The notes under the pieces were generated by a model, which worked only from the letters and a program-made list of their open reading frames with translations, was not told the origin of the DNA and ran no database searches. A DNA stretch of 64,000 bases from an uncultured Oscillospiraceae bacterium. GTDB lineage: Bacteria; Bacillota; Clostridia; Oscillospirales; Oscillospiraceae. The stretch is taken from assembly GCA_910579725.1 (NCBI GenBank), contig CAJTUD010000005.1, forward strand, positions 18,269 through 82,268, written 5' to 3'. Positions 37,797 to 46,410 of the stretch are shown piece after piece. The position numbers and the translations under genes were made by a program. How positions within the stretch are numbered: position 1 is the stretch's first letter; the number at the start of each line of letters is the position of its first letter.

Positions 37797-38522
37797 ATGA
37801 GCGACAACAACTTCAGCGGGATTACCCCCGATATCCAGAGTTACTACGACCGGCTTAATAATGTTCAGGAGACCAAGTACAGAGCAAAAACCGTTACGTC
37901 GGACTCCGATCAGGCCAACAACACCCTGTCCTTTGAGGATATGCTGCTGCTGATGGTAACGCAGCTGCAAAATCAGACCATCGACAATCAGACCGACACC
38001 AACGACATGATGAACCAGATCATCTCCATGACCGTCATGCAGGCTGTTACAGAGGTGAGCTCCCAGGTGAAGGATCTGACCGAGGCCAACATTCTCAGCT
38101 ACTCCGCCGCGCTGGTGGGACAGACGGTGACGGTGCCCGAGTATGACCCGAAGACCGGCGAGATCATTGGCGAGAAGGTCGGTGAGGTGACGGCCACCGG
38201 TATGTACAATGGCCAGCGGGTGATTTTCCTGGGCGACGAGTGCTATCCCCTTAATCAGATCATGGCCGTGGGCAAGCTGCCGGAGCAGAAGCCCGGAACC
38301 GAAAAACCCGGCGAAGGTGAAGGCACAGAGAAGCCTGGCGAAGGCGAAGGAGTCGAGAAGCCCGGCGAGGGCGCGGAGAAACCCGGTGAGGGTGAGAACG
38401 TGGAGAAGCCCGACGGCAGTACAGATGTACCCACCACGCCCGGAACGGACGAGAACGCTCCGGAAGAGAACGACAGCGGAATCGACGTCTCTGACAAGAC
38501 GGTCGCGGAGGCTCTGGGATAA
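37797..38522 (+). CDS. flgD: Flagellar hook capping protein FlgD
   Basis: N-terminal motif LSFEDMLLLMVTQLQNQTIDNQTD, followed by a beta-rich domain and an unusual C-terminal repeat tail. Confidence 0.88.
   Translation: MSDNNFSGITPDIQSYYDRLNNVQETKYRAKTVTSDSDQANNTLSFEDMLLLMVTQLQNQTIDNQTDTNDMMNQIISMTVMQAVTEVSSQVKDLTEANILSYSAALVGQTVTVPEYDPKTGEIIGEKVGEVTATGMYNGQRVIFLGDECYPLNQIMAVGKLPEQKPGTEKPGEGEGTEKPGEGEGVEKPGEGAEKPGEGENVEKPDGSTDVPTTPGTDENAPEENDSGIDVSDKTVAEALG
38283..38414 (+). repeat. In-frame EKPG(EG)n tandem repeats in the flgD 3' region
   Basis: The translation is EQKPGT-EKPGEGEGT-EKPGEGEGV-EKPGEGA-EKPGEGENV-EKPD, with units of 21-27 nt. Confidence 0.85.
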
Positions 38523-38561
38523 GACCCCATCCCTGCATCTCGCCGGAAAGAGGATGAAAGT

Positions 38562-38960
38562 ATGGCAGAGTATCGAATTACACCCATAGACCGGTTGGGA
38601 CAGGTGGAGCAGGTGCAGCCGGTTCGCCGCAGGGAAGCGGGAAGCCAATTCGGCTCTATGCTCCAACGGGAAATCGAGAGTGCTTCTCCGGCACAGGAGA
38701 GCTTCTCCGTGGCATTCTCCAAACACGCCAGAGCGCGGGCGGAGGAACGGGGCATCGAAGTGACGCCCACCCTGATGGATCAGCTGGCGGACAGCGTGGA
38801 GCGGGCCAGCGCCAAGGGAGCCACCAATATCCTGGCTTTTGACGCTACGCGGGCGTTTATTATCAACATCCCTCACGGCAGGGTGATCACCACCATGTCC
38901 CAGGAGGAGATGCAGGAGAACATTTTCACCAACATTGACGGCGCCGTTCTTCTCAAGTAA
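38562..38960 (+). CDS. Flagellar operon protein of the TIGR02530 type (flgD-flgE slot)
   Basis: 132 aa. The segment FSKHARARAEERGIEVT...ILAFDATRAFIINIPHGRVITTM matches my memory of this small family, which is conserved between flgD and flgE in Firmicutes. Confidence 0.6.
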   Translation: MAEYRITPIDRLGQVEQVQPVRRREAGSQFGSMLQREIESASPAQESFSVAFSKHARARAEERGIEVTPTLMDQLADSVERASAKGATNILAFDATRAFIINIPHGRVITTMSQEEMQENIFTNIDGAVLLK

Positions 38961-39053
38961 GAAAGAGCAGGACCTTTTCAGGATGCTTTGCCCTCCCGCC
39001 CGACTGGCGGGGGAGCGGCGGCGCTAAAAGGCAAAAAAGGAGAATTTGATCGC

Positions 39054-40367
39054 ATGACTGGAGCAATGTATGCCGCTATCGGCGGCCTCAAGACCCACAT
39101 GACCAACCTCAACGTCATCGGCAACAATATCGCCAACGTGAACACCACCGCCTATAAGGCCCAGCGGATGATTTTCCAGGAATCCCTGTATACTACCCGC
39201 CGGGCAGGCAGCGACGGCACCGCCATCCGGGGCGGCAACACCCCCTCCCAGATCGGTTACGGTTCGCAGGTGGGCTCCATTGACCTTAACATGTCTCCCG
39301 GAACCTTCAACCCCACTGGCTGGGGTCTGGACTGCATGATTGACGGCGACGGATTTTTCATGGTGGGCACCAAGGATATGGATTTGAGCAGCGGCGATGT
39401 GCTTAACCGCGCCATGCTGACCCGCGCCGGCGACTTCGACATTGACCCCATGGGCTATATCGTGGACGGTCAGGGCAACGTGGCTTACGGCTTCGCCATG
39501 GTGTACAATCCGGACTATGTGCCGGGCGCGACAGAGGAACAGATTGCAACAGCAAAAGCGGATGGAAAAAATATTCAGGATAAGCTGATTCTGAGCACCC
39601 AGCTGGTTCCTCTGCGGGTTCCCCTGAAGGCTGTGGAGCCTACAAAGGAAAATGGAGGCATTGATGCCAACGGCGAGAAGCTGTGGGAGGCTGGCGACCC
39701 TGTTTATGATATTCTGGGCGCGTGCCCGGAGGAGCAGGGGGGCGTTCAGAGCACAGAGCGCAAGAATCTTTCTCTGGCTGATCCCAAGTATTATGACGAG
39801 GATGGAAAGCTGGACTGGGGTGCTGATGGGATGCCGGAGGGTGCAGGAAGCCCAGACGGTCTGACAGCAGTCACGGATCTTCCGTATACCATCCCCAAGC
39901 CCAACTTTGACGGCCAAAAGGCATCGACCATGAGCCTGAGCGTCAATGAGAACGGTGCCATCATCTCCACCGCCGACAATGGCGACACCATGGTTATCGG
40001 CTATATGGCCATCGCCCAGGTGACAGCCCCCAACGGCGTGACCCATACTGGCGGTCCCTACTACAAGGCCCAGGAGGGCGCGGGTGAGATGACCGTAGGC
40101 ATCGCGGGCGGCATTTTCGAGCCGGGCACCTACCTCAATAACGCCAAAAAGAGTGAGGAAGAAGATGGTTACACGCCGGAGCTGAAGAACCTGCTGGGAC
40201 AGATGAAGTCTATCAAGGTTCAGGGCAGCGGTCTGGAGGCGTCCACCGCCGACGTGGCCACCGAATTTGCCAACATGATCGTCACCCAGCGCGGCTATCA
40301 GGCCAACACCCGTATCGTCACCGTCACCGACTCCATGCTGGAGGAGCTGGTGAACATGAAGCGGTAA
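39054..40367 (+). CDS. flgE: Flagellar hook protein FlgE
   Basis: N-terminus YAAIGGLKTHMTNLNVIGNNIANVNTTAYK and C-terminus SNVDVATEF-like (STADVATEFANMIVTQRGYQANTRIVTVTDSMLEELVNM). The ATG at 39054 has an AAAAGGAG SD. Confidence 0.92.
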   Translation: MTGAMYAAIGGLKTHMTNLNVIGNNIANVNTTAYKAQRMIFQESLYTTRRAGSDGTAIRGGNTPSQIGYGSQVGSIDLNMSPGTFNPTGWGLDCMIDGDGFFMVGTKDMDLSSGDVLNRAMLTRAGDFDIDPMGYIVDGQGNVAYGFAMVYNPDYVPGATEEQIATAKADGKNIQDKLILSTQLVPLRVPLKAVEPTKENGGIDANGEKLWEAGDPVYDILGACPEEQGGVQSTERKNLSLADPKYYDEDGKLDWGADGMPEGAGSPDGLTAVTDLPYTIPKPNFDGQKASTMSLSVNENGAIISTADNGDTMVIGYMAIAQVTAPNGVTHTGGPYYKAQEGAGEMTVGIAGGIFEPGTYLNNAKKSEEEDGYTPELKNLLGQMKSIKVQGSGLEASTADVATEFANMIVTQRGYQANTRIVTVTDSMLEELVNMKR

Positions 40368-40404
40368 GACTGACGTCTTTCTGAACGGTAAGCTTTGACC
40401 CAAT

Positions 40405-40430
40405 CCCCGGCCGCCGGAAGGCGGCCGGGG
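40405..40430 (+). other. Perfect 11-bp GC stem-loop directly after flgE, inside the operon
   Basis: ccccggccgcc-ggaa-ggcggccgggg with no U-tract. It is a candidate mRNA-stabilising or processing structure rather than a terminator. Confidence 0.4.
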
Positions 40431-40449
40431 GAGATGAAAGGAGAACGCC

Positions 40450-40665
40450 ATGATCGTCCTGACCAAGCGGAACAACGAGCGGTTTCTGGTGAATCACAAC
40501 CAGATCGAGAGCATCGAAATGATCCCTGAGTCCAAGATTGTGATGATGAACCGGGATTATTTCATTGTCAAGGAGACGCCGGAGGATATTATCAAGAAGA
40601 TCCAGGACTACAATGCCAAGGTGCAGGACATCCATCGGATCGTTACCGTGACCGACAAGCGCTGA
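40450..40665 (+). CDS. flbD: Flagellar protein FlbD
   Basis: 71 aa beginning MIVLTKRNNERFLVNHNQIESIE...DYFIVKETPEDII, the canonical FlbD pattern. It lies upstream of motA. Confidence 0.88.
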   Translation: MIVLTKRNNERFLVNHNQIESIEMIPESKIVMMNRDYFIVKETPEDIIKKIQDYNAKVQDIHRIVTVTDKR

Positions 40666-40783
40666 CGCGCCCGGCGGGGGCGCGTTTGAGGGATGTTGAG
40701 GCAGAGGTCCTGGACGTGCTTCAAATGCGCCCTGCGAAAGAACTATCTCTCCCCTTCGGGGAGTAAAATGGGTGAGAAAAGAT

Positions 40784-41608
40784 ATGAATATTACCTATGT
40801 AATTGGTTTTGTTGGCGCTGTGGCGGTTATGATCATCGGTATGATGTTCGGCGGCGAGACGGGCTTCACGCCCAGCCAGGTCGGCAACTTCTGGGACCCG
40901 GCCAGCGTGTTCATCACCATCGGCTGTACCGTTATGATCATCATCGCCTCCTTCCCGCCATCCGCGCTGAAGGACATTCCCAAGCACTTCAAGGTGCTTA
41001 TGAACACCAAGGGCAACAACCCTCTGGCTATTATTGACGAGCTGGTAGAGCTGGCCCAGGTGGCCCGTAAGAACGGCCTGCTGGCCCTGGAAGAAAAGGG
41101 CAACCAGCAGGAGGACCCCTTCTTCAAGCAGTGCATCATGCTCATCGTGGACAACAACGACGCCGACCAGGCCCGTGAGATCATGATGAACGACATTGAG
41201 CAGTCCTCCGCCCGCCACGAGGCCGGCGCGGGAATGTACGACAAGGGCAGCTCCGTGGCCCCGGCCTTCGGCATGGTGGGTACGCTGGTCGGTCTGATTA
41301 ACATGCTGCGCGCCATGGACGTATCCAGCGGCGGCGGCGATCTGGGTCCCGCCATGGCAACCGCTCTGGTGACTACCCTGTATGGCTGCGTTATGGCCCA
41401 CATGGTCTTTGGCCCCATTTCCTCCCAGCTGCGCCAGCGGGACGAGGAGGAGATGCTCTGCAAGCTGATTATCGTGGAGGGCATCATGTCCATTCAAGCG
41501 GGAAGCAACCCCAAAGCCCTGCGGGAGAAGCTGCTGACCTTCGTGGCCCAGCGCCAGCGGGATGGCGGCGGAGCCGGCAAGGCAGGCAAGGGCGGCGAAG
41601 CCGAATAA
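40784..41608 (+). CDS. motA: Flagellar stator protein MotA
   Basis: Four TM helices, conserved cytoplasmic loop charges, and PAFGMVGT...AL.TTLYG motifs. I prefer the ATG at 40784 over the GTG at 40772. Confidence 0.9.
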   Translation: MNITYVIGFVGAVAVMIIGMMFGGETGFTPSQVGNFWDPASVFITIGCTVMIIIASFPPSALKDIPKHFKVLMNTKGNNPLAIIDELVELAQVARKNGLLALEEKGNQQEDPFFKQCIMLIVDNNDADQAREIMMNDIEQSSARHEAGAGMYDKGSSVAPAFGMVGTLVGLINMLRAMDVSSGGGDLGPAMATALVTTLYGCVMAHMVFGPISSQLRQRDEEEMLCKLIIVEGIMSIQAGSNPKALREKLLTFVAQRQRDGGGAGKAGKGGEAE

Positions 41609-41641
41609 AGGGGCGAAGCGGCGAAATAAGGAGAGCGGAAC

Positions 41642-42469
41642 ATGGCTTCTATTAAAAAGAAAAAGGGCGGCGAAGGCGGCGCCAACTGGATGGACACCTA
41701 TGGCGACATGGTGACGCTGCTGCTGTGCTTCTTCGTATTGCTGTACTCCATGTCCACCATCAGCGAGGAAAAGTGGATGATGATCGTACAGAGCTTCAAC
41801 AAGGATGCTGAAGTCAGTACGGACGACAAGCCTCTGGGTCCCGACGGCCAGAATGACGAGCAATTAGGCGACGACATGCCTATGACGCAGGACGAGGTCA
41901 ACGAGGACGTGGAGATGATCCTGAAATATCTGGCGGAGTATGCCGCCGGACAGAATGATGAGTCTGTCGTGGAGCCCACCGTAGGGGATGGATATATGTA
42001 TATCCGCTTCAGTGACGACGTGTTCTTCAGGGGCGACAGCTACACTCTGCTTCCCGCAGGGCAGGAGGCGCTGCTGGGCCTGTGTCCCATTCTCAACAAT
42101 GCAAGAACCTATATTGATGAGATTGTCGTCAGCGGCCACACCGCAACAGCCCAGGGCACCTATAACGCCAACAAAGACCGCGTTCTGGCAGCCAGCCGCG
42201 CGGCCACAGTGGCGGCTTTCCTTCAGGAGAACACCGAGGTTGACTACGCCAGGATTGTGGATCAGGGATACGGACAGTGGCGGCCCATTGCAGGCAATGT
42301 GGAGGAAGCGGAGCGCCGGAAGAACCGCCGGGTGGAGATCATGATTTCCTTCTCGGACGAGGAGCTGGACAGTCCTTTTGCCGGCAGCGTCACGGAGTAT
42401 TACACCACCACCGGCCAGTCCAATCCCAGCGACCCCACTCAAAGCACTACCAATACAGCGGCGGAGTGA
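41642..42469 (+). CDS. motB: Flagellar stator protein MotB (OmpA-like C-terminal domain)
   Basis: The plug/TM region has the conserved Asp (WMDTYGDMVTLLLCFFVLL). The C-terminal OmpA-like peptidoglycan-binding motif is NRRVEI. Confidence 0.9.
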   Translation: MASIKKKKGGEGGANWMDTYGDMVTLLLCFFVLLYSMSTISEEKWMMIVQSFNKDAEVSTDDKPLGPDGQNDEQLGDDMPMTQDEVNEDVEMILKYLAEYAAGQNDESVVEPTVGDGYMYIRFSDDVFFRGDSYTLLPAGQEALLGLCPILNNARTYIDEIVVSGHTATAQGTYNANKDRVLAASRAATVAAFLQENTEVDYARIVDQGYGQWRPIAGNVEEAERRKNRRVEIMISFSDEELDSPFAGSVTEYYTTTGQSNPSDPTQSTTNTAAE

Positions 42470-42560
42470 TCCCGCTCCCCGCGCCATATCCGTCAGAGCA
42501 GAAGCGCCCGGCTCCCGTTAAGGCGCGCTTGGAATCCAAAGTTGGGAATGAGGAGACAGT

Positions 42561-43550
42561 ATGGCAGAAGTCTTATCACAAAGCCAAATTGACGCCCTGC
42601 TGGCTGCGGCCCAGAGCGGAACGCTCGATGAGGGCCCCAAAAAAGAGGAGTCCCCCGAGAAAAAATATAAAAAGTATGACTTTTTCAGTCCCCGGAAATT
42701 CAGTAAGGACCGGCTGAAAATCCTCAACAGCATTTACGAGAACTACACCCGGGTTATCAACTCCCGGCTCAACGCCATGTTTCACTCCACCTGCGAAATC
42801 GAGGTGGGGTCCATCGAGGAGCTGCATTACTACGAGTTCTCCAACGCGCTGAGAGAGGGCGACGTGCTGGCCTTGGCAAAGCTGAACCGGGAGGAGCTGC
42901 AGGAGGAGTCCCCGATTCTGATTCATCTGGCCACGCCGGTGCTGCTGACCATGATGGACCGGATGATGGGCGGCGAGGGTGAGCCGGATGACGGCCTGGA
43001 CCCCGACTACAAGCTGACGGATCTGGAGCTGAACATGTACAAGGACATCATCAGTGATATGATGAAGTTTTTGGGCCGAAGCTGGGAGAACTACATCAGT
43101 TTGGATTTCTCCTATGTGCGTACGGAGACGAACCCCACCTTGGTGCAGCTCATCGGTTATGACGATACGGTTGTCATCGTGGGGCTGGATATCCGCTTCC
43201 CCAACAGCAGCGGGCGGCTGAGCATGTGCCTGCCGGGGGAAATGCTGACCAATATCTTCACGGAGATCAGCAAGAATACCGGCCATCGCAACAGTGGAGA
43301 AGACAAATCCGAGGAGATTTTTGACTCCCTGCGGGATTCCGATCTGGAGATCATCGCCGAGCTGGCCCGTACCAGGCTTCAGCTGAGCGATATCTACCAC
43401 TTGAACGTTGGCGACGTGGTAGACATCCAGCAGCCCAAGGACGCCCCCATCTTCCTGAATATCAGCGGCAGACGGTGGTTTGACGGGCGCATGGGAATAT
43501 ATAACAAGCAAATGGCCGTGAAAATCGGTGAGACATATATTAAGGCGTAA
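42561..43550 (+). CDS. fliM: Flagellar motor switch protein FliM
   Basis: The N-terminal CheY-P binding peptide LSQSQIDALL, a middle CheC-like domain and a C-terminal SpoA/FliN fold. Confidence 0.93.
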   Translation: MAEVLSQSQIDALLAAAQSGTLDEGPKKEESPEKKYKKYDFFSPRKFSKDRLKILNSIYENYTRVINSRLNAMFHSTCEIEVGSIEELHYYEFSNALREGDVLALAKLNREELQEESPILIHLATPVLLTMMDRMMGGEGEPDDGLDPDYKLTDLELNMYKDIISDMMKFLGRSWENYISLDFSYVRTETNPTLVQLIGYDDTVVIVGLDIRFPNSSGRLSMCLPGEMLTNIFTEISKNTGHRNSGEDKSEEIFDSLRDSDLEIIAELARTRLQLSDIYHLNVGDVVDIQQPKDAPIFLNISGRRWFDGRMGIYNKQMAVKIGETYIKA

Positions 43551-43565
43551 AGGAGCGTAATCCTG

Positions 43566-44900
43566 ATGGGAGAAATAAAATTTAGTCCAATGGTGGTCGA
43601 TGCCATCGGGGAGGCCATGAATATCAGCCTCGGCTCCTCCGCTACGGCAGTTTCCAATATGCTGGACCACCGCGTGGACATTACAACCCCCACGGTTCAG
43701 GTGATCAACGCGGAGGATTTTTCTCTTGGCCGGATCGAGCCGGCCATCGGCGTGGAGATCAAATATGTCTGCGGCCTGGAAGGCAGCAACATTATGATGC
43801 TCAAGCGCAGCGACGTAAAGGCCATTGTGGACATCCTGCTGGGTACGGAGACCCCCGATGAGGAATTCCAGCTGGACGAGCTGAGCATCAGCGTGGTCTG
43901 CGAGGTCATGAACCAGATGATGGGCGCGGCCTCTACGGCCCTCAGCGATCTGCTGGGACGGATGGTGAACATCTCCACCCCTGAATCCTTTGAATTAGAG
44001 GATTTGGATAAGGTGCGGGAAGAGCACTTCCCGGTTCAGACGGGGCCCATCGTGGTGGTCAGTTTCCGGCTGAGCATTGAGGGCGTCGTGGAAAGCGAGT
44101 TCATGAACGTCATGAGCGTGGATCTGGCCCGGGAGCTGGTTTCCGGCATGGGGCTGGATGTTGACGGAGAAATGGGCGGAGCATCCGCTCCGGCGCCTGC
44201 TCCCGCTCCCGCACCGGAACCCGCGGCCTCCTCCGGCGGCACTATGACCCAGGAGGAGATTGAGAGGATGATGGCCGGCGGCGTGGGGAGCGCACCGGAA
44301 CCTGCCTCCTCCTCCGGCGGCACCATGACCCAGGAGGAAATTGAGAGGATGATGGCCGGAGGGATGGAAGCTGCGGCTCCCGCTCCGGCAGCGCCCGCGC
44401 CTGCGCCAGCCCAGGGGAACGGACAGCAGCCGGGCGGATATCCGCCGCCCTATCCAGCCTATCCCCCCCAGGCGCCTGCCGGACAAGGCGGGTATCCCTA
44501 TCCCCCTTATCCGCCCTACTATATGTATCCGCCGCAGCCCCAGCAGCCTGCCCAGCCGCCGGAGCCCAAGGTCATCAGCACCCAGAAGCCCAAGATGGAG
44601 CCCCTCAGCGCCGACGCCCGTCTCAGTCAGGAGCAGAAAGAGAATCTGGATCTGATTATGGGGGTATCTCTGGAGGTCGCGGTGGAGATCGGCCGTACCA
44701 GACGGAAGATTCAGGACATCATTGCCTTCTCCAAGGGGTCGCTGGTTGTGCTGGATAAACTGGCCGGAGAGCCGGTGGACCTGCTGGTCAACGGCCAGTG
44801 CATCGCCCGGGGCGACGTGGTGGTCATCGACGACAATTTTGGCATCCGCATCACCGAGATTCTGCAAAAGCCTGATATTAATGAACTGACAAAATTCTGA
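43566..44900 (+). CDS. fliY: Flagellar motor switch phosphatase FliY (CheC-like domain + FliN domain)
   Basis: Two CheC-type E-x2-N sites (GEAMNIS, CEVMNQM) and a C-terminal FliN/SpoA domain (LEVAVEIGRTRRKIQDI...VLDKLAGEPVDLLVNG). It has an unusually long repeat- and Pro/Tyr-rich linker. Confidence 0.9.
   Translation: MGEIKFSPMVVDAIGEAMNISLGSSATAVSNMLDHRVDITTPTVQVINAEDFSLGRIEPAIGVEIKYVCGLEGSNIMMLKRSDVKAIVDILLGTETPDEEFQLDELSISVVCEVMNQMMGAASTALSDLLGRMVNISTPESFELEDLDKVREEHFPVQTGPIVVVSFRLSIEGVVESEFMNVMSVDLARELVSGMGLDVDGEMGGASAPAPAPAPAPEPAASSGGTMTQEEIERMMAGGVGSAPEPASSSGGTMTQEEIERMMAGGMEAAAPAPAAPAPAPAQGNGQQPGGYPPPYPAYPPQAPAGQGGYPYPPYPPYYMYPPQPQQPAQPPEPKVISTQKPKMEPLSADARLSQEQKENLDLIMGVSLEVAVEIGRTRRKIQDIIAFSKGSLVVLDKLAGEPVDLLVNGQCIARGDVVVIDDNFGIRITEILQKPDINELTKF
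44214..44375 (+). repeat. Two tandem 81-nt (27-aa) in-frame repeats in the fliY linker
   Basis: PEPAASSGGTMTQEEIERMMAGGVGSA is followed by PEPASSSGGTMTQEEIERMMAGGMEAA, nearly identical at the DNA level. Confidence 0.9.
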
Positions 44901-44971
44901 TGAAATTTGGCAGTATGACATAAATCCTACGATCAATACTAACTAATAATGTAAAGGAAAAGGTGTATAGT

Positions 44972-45337
44972 ATGGCTAAGATTCTTTTGGTTGACGACGC
45001 TGCGTTCATGCGCAAGGTAGTCAAGGACGGCCTGAGCAAGGCGGGTTACACGGATCTTCACGAGGCTGTGGACGGTGCGGACGCTGTGGAGAAGTTCAAC
45101 GCTCTCAAGCCGGATCTGGTTCTGATGGACATCACCATGCCCAACATGGATGGTCTGGAGGCTCTGAAGGCCATCCGCGCCGCCGACGGCAATGCCAATG
45201 TGGTTATGTGCTCCGCCATGGGACAGGAGACAATGGTCATCGACGCCATCCGTTCCGGCGCCAAGGACTTCATCGTCAAGCCCTTCAAGATTGAGCGCGT
45301 ACTCAAGACCGTTACCTCCATCGTAGGCGAGCCCTGA
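44972..45337 (+). CDS. cheY: Chemotaxis response regulator CheY
   Basis: A single REC domain with DD (LLVDDAAF), the phospho-Asp (LVLMDITMPNMDG), T/S (MCSA) and K (FIVKPF). Same position as B. subtilis cheY. Confidence 0.92.
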   Translation: MAKILLVDDAAFMRKVVKDGLSKAGYTDLHEAVDGADAVEKFNALKPDLVLMDITMPNMDGLEALKAIRAADGNANVVMCSAMGQETMVIDAIRSGAKDFIVKPFKIERVLKTVTSIVGEP

Positions 45338-45699
45338 TGCCTTGGGACTTGCTCTCCCTGCTGGGCATTCTGCTGGTTCTGCTGCTGGTTCTGGGGGCCT
45401 GCTGGCTGTTTACCCGCTGGGCGGGGACGGGCCTGTCCGGGCATCTGGGAATTCCGGCGGCAGGACGGCAGATGAAGATTCTGGAACGGCTGCCGGTGGG
45501 GAGAGATCAGGCCCTGCTGGCGGTGCAGCTGGGCGGGCGGTATTTTTTAGTTGGCAGTTCTCCCTCCGGATTCTCCCTGCTGTGTGAACTGACAGAGGAG
45601 GAGGGGGCCCTATGGGCTGTTCCCCCCTCCGGTACTACAGCAGGGGGAAACGCTCTGAATTTCCGGGAAATCATGGGGAAGTTCCGAGAGAAGAAATGA
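45337..45699 (+). CDS. fliO: Flagellar biosynthesis protein FliO/FliZ
   Basis: 120 aa with a single N-terminal TM, then the KILERLPVGRDQALLAVQLGGRYFLVG pattern. It lies immediately upstream of fliP. Confidence 0.65.
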   Translation: MPWDLLSLLGILLVLLLVLGACWLFTRWAGTGLSGHLGIPAAGRQMKILERLPVGRDQALLAVQLGGRYFLVGSSPSGFSLLCELTEEEGALWAVPPSGTTAGGNALNFREIMGKFREKK

Positions 45700-45717
45700 G
45701 AGGAGGCGGGAGAATAC

Positions 45718-46395
45718 ATGCCCACTGACGCGATTATCAACGTCAATGGCGACAGCGTACAGGCGCTGGACATATCATTGCTGCTGGTGGTTGTCACCTT
45801 GCTGCCCACGCTGGTGGTAATGATGACATCTTTCACCAGATACGTGGTGTCCCTCTCCTTCCTGCGTACCGCCATGGGCACCCAGCAGACTCCGCCCAAC
45901 ACGGTGCTGGTGGGGCTGGCGCTGATCCTGACCCTTTTTACCATGACGCCGGCCATAAATGACATCCGAACAGAGGCTTACGACCCCTACGTGGCCGAGG
46001 AGATCGGCCAGGAGGAGTTTTTCCAGCGAGCGCAGGTGCCTCTCAAGCGCTTCATGCTGCGCAATACGGAGATTGGCAGTCTGGAGCTGTACTGCCGCAT
46101 GGCCGGCGAAACAGCCCCCGCCACAGCGGAGGAATTGGAGCAGGCGGTGGATTTGCCGCTGCTGGTGATTGCACCGGCCTTTGTGACCACGGAATTGAAG
46201 GCGGCGTTCTGGATTGGATTTCTGGTGTATATTCCCTTTATGCTCATTGACGTGATCGTATCCTCCACGCTGATGAGTATGGGTATGATTATGCTGCCGC
46301 CCTCCATGATCTCCACGCCTTTCAAAATCCTGCTGTTCATCCTGCTGGACGGGTGGAATCTGCTGTTCTCCACCTTAATCCAGACCGTGAGATAA
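45718..46395 (+). CDS. fliP: Flagellar export gate protein FliP
   Basis: Conserved segments SFTRYVVSLSFLRTAMGTQQTPPN and GFLVYIPFMLIDVIVSSTLMSMGMIMLPP. Confidence 0.95.
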   Translation: MPTDAIINVNGDSVQALDISLLLVVVTLLPTLVVMMTSFTRYVVSLSFLRTAMGTQQTPPNTVLVGLALILTLFTMTPAINDIRTEAYDPYVAEEIGQEEFFQRAQVPLKRFMLRNTEIGSLELYCRMAGETAPATAEELEQAVDLPLLVIAPAFVTTELKAAFWIGFLVYIPFMLIDVIVSSTLMSMGMIMLPPSMISTPFKILLFILLDGWNLLFSTLIQTVR

Positions 46396-46410
46396 AGGGG
46401 GCGTGGGAAG

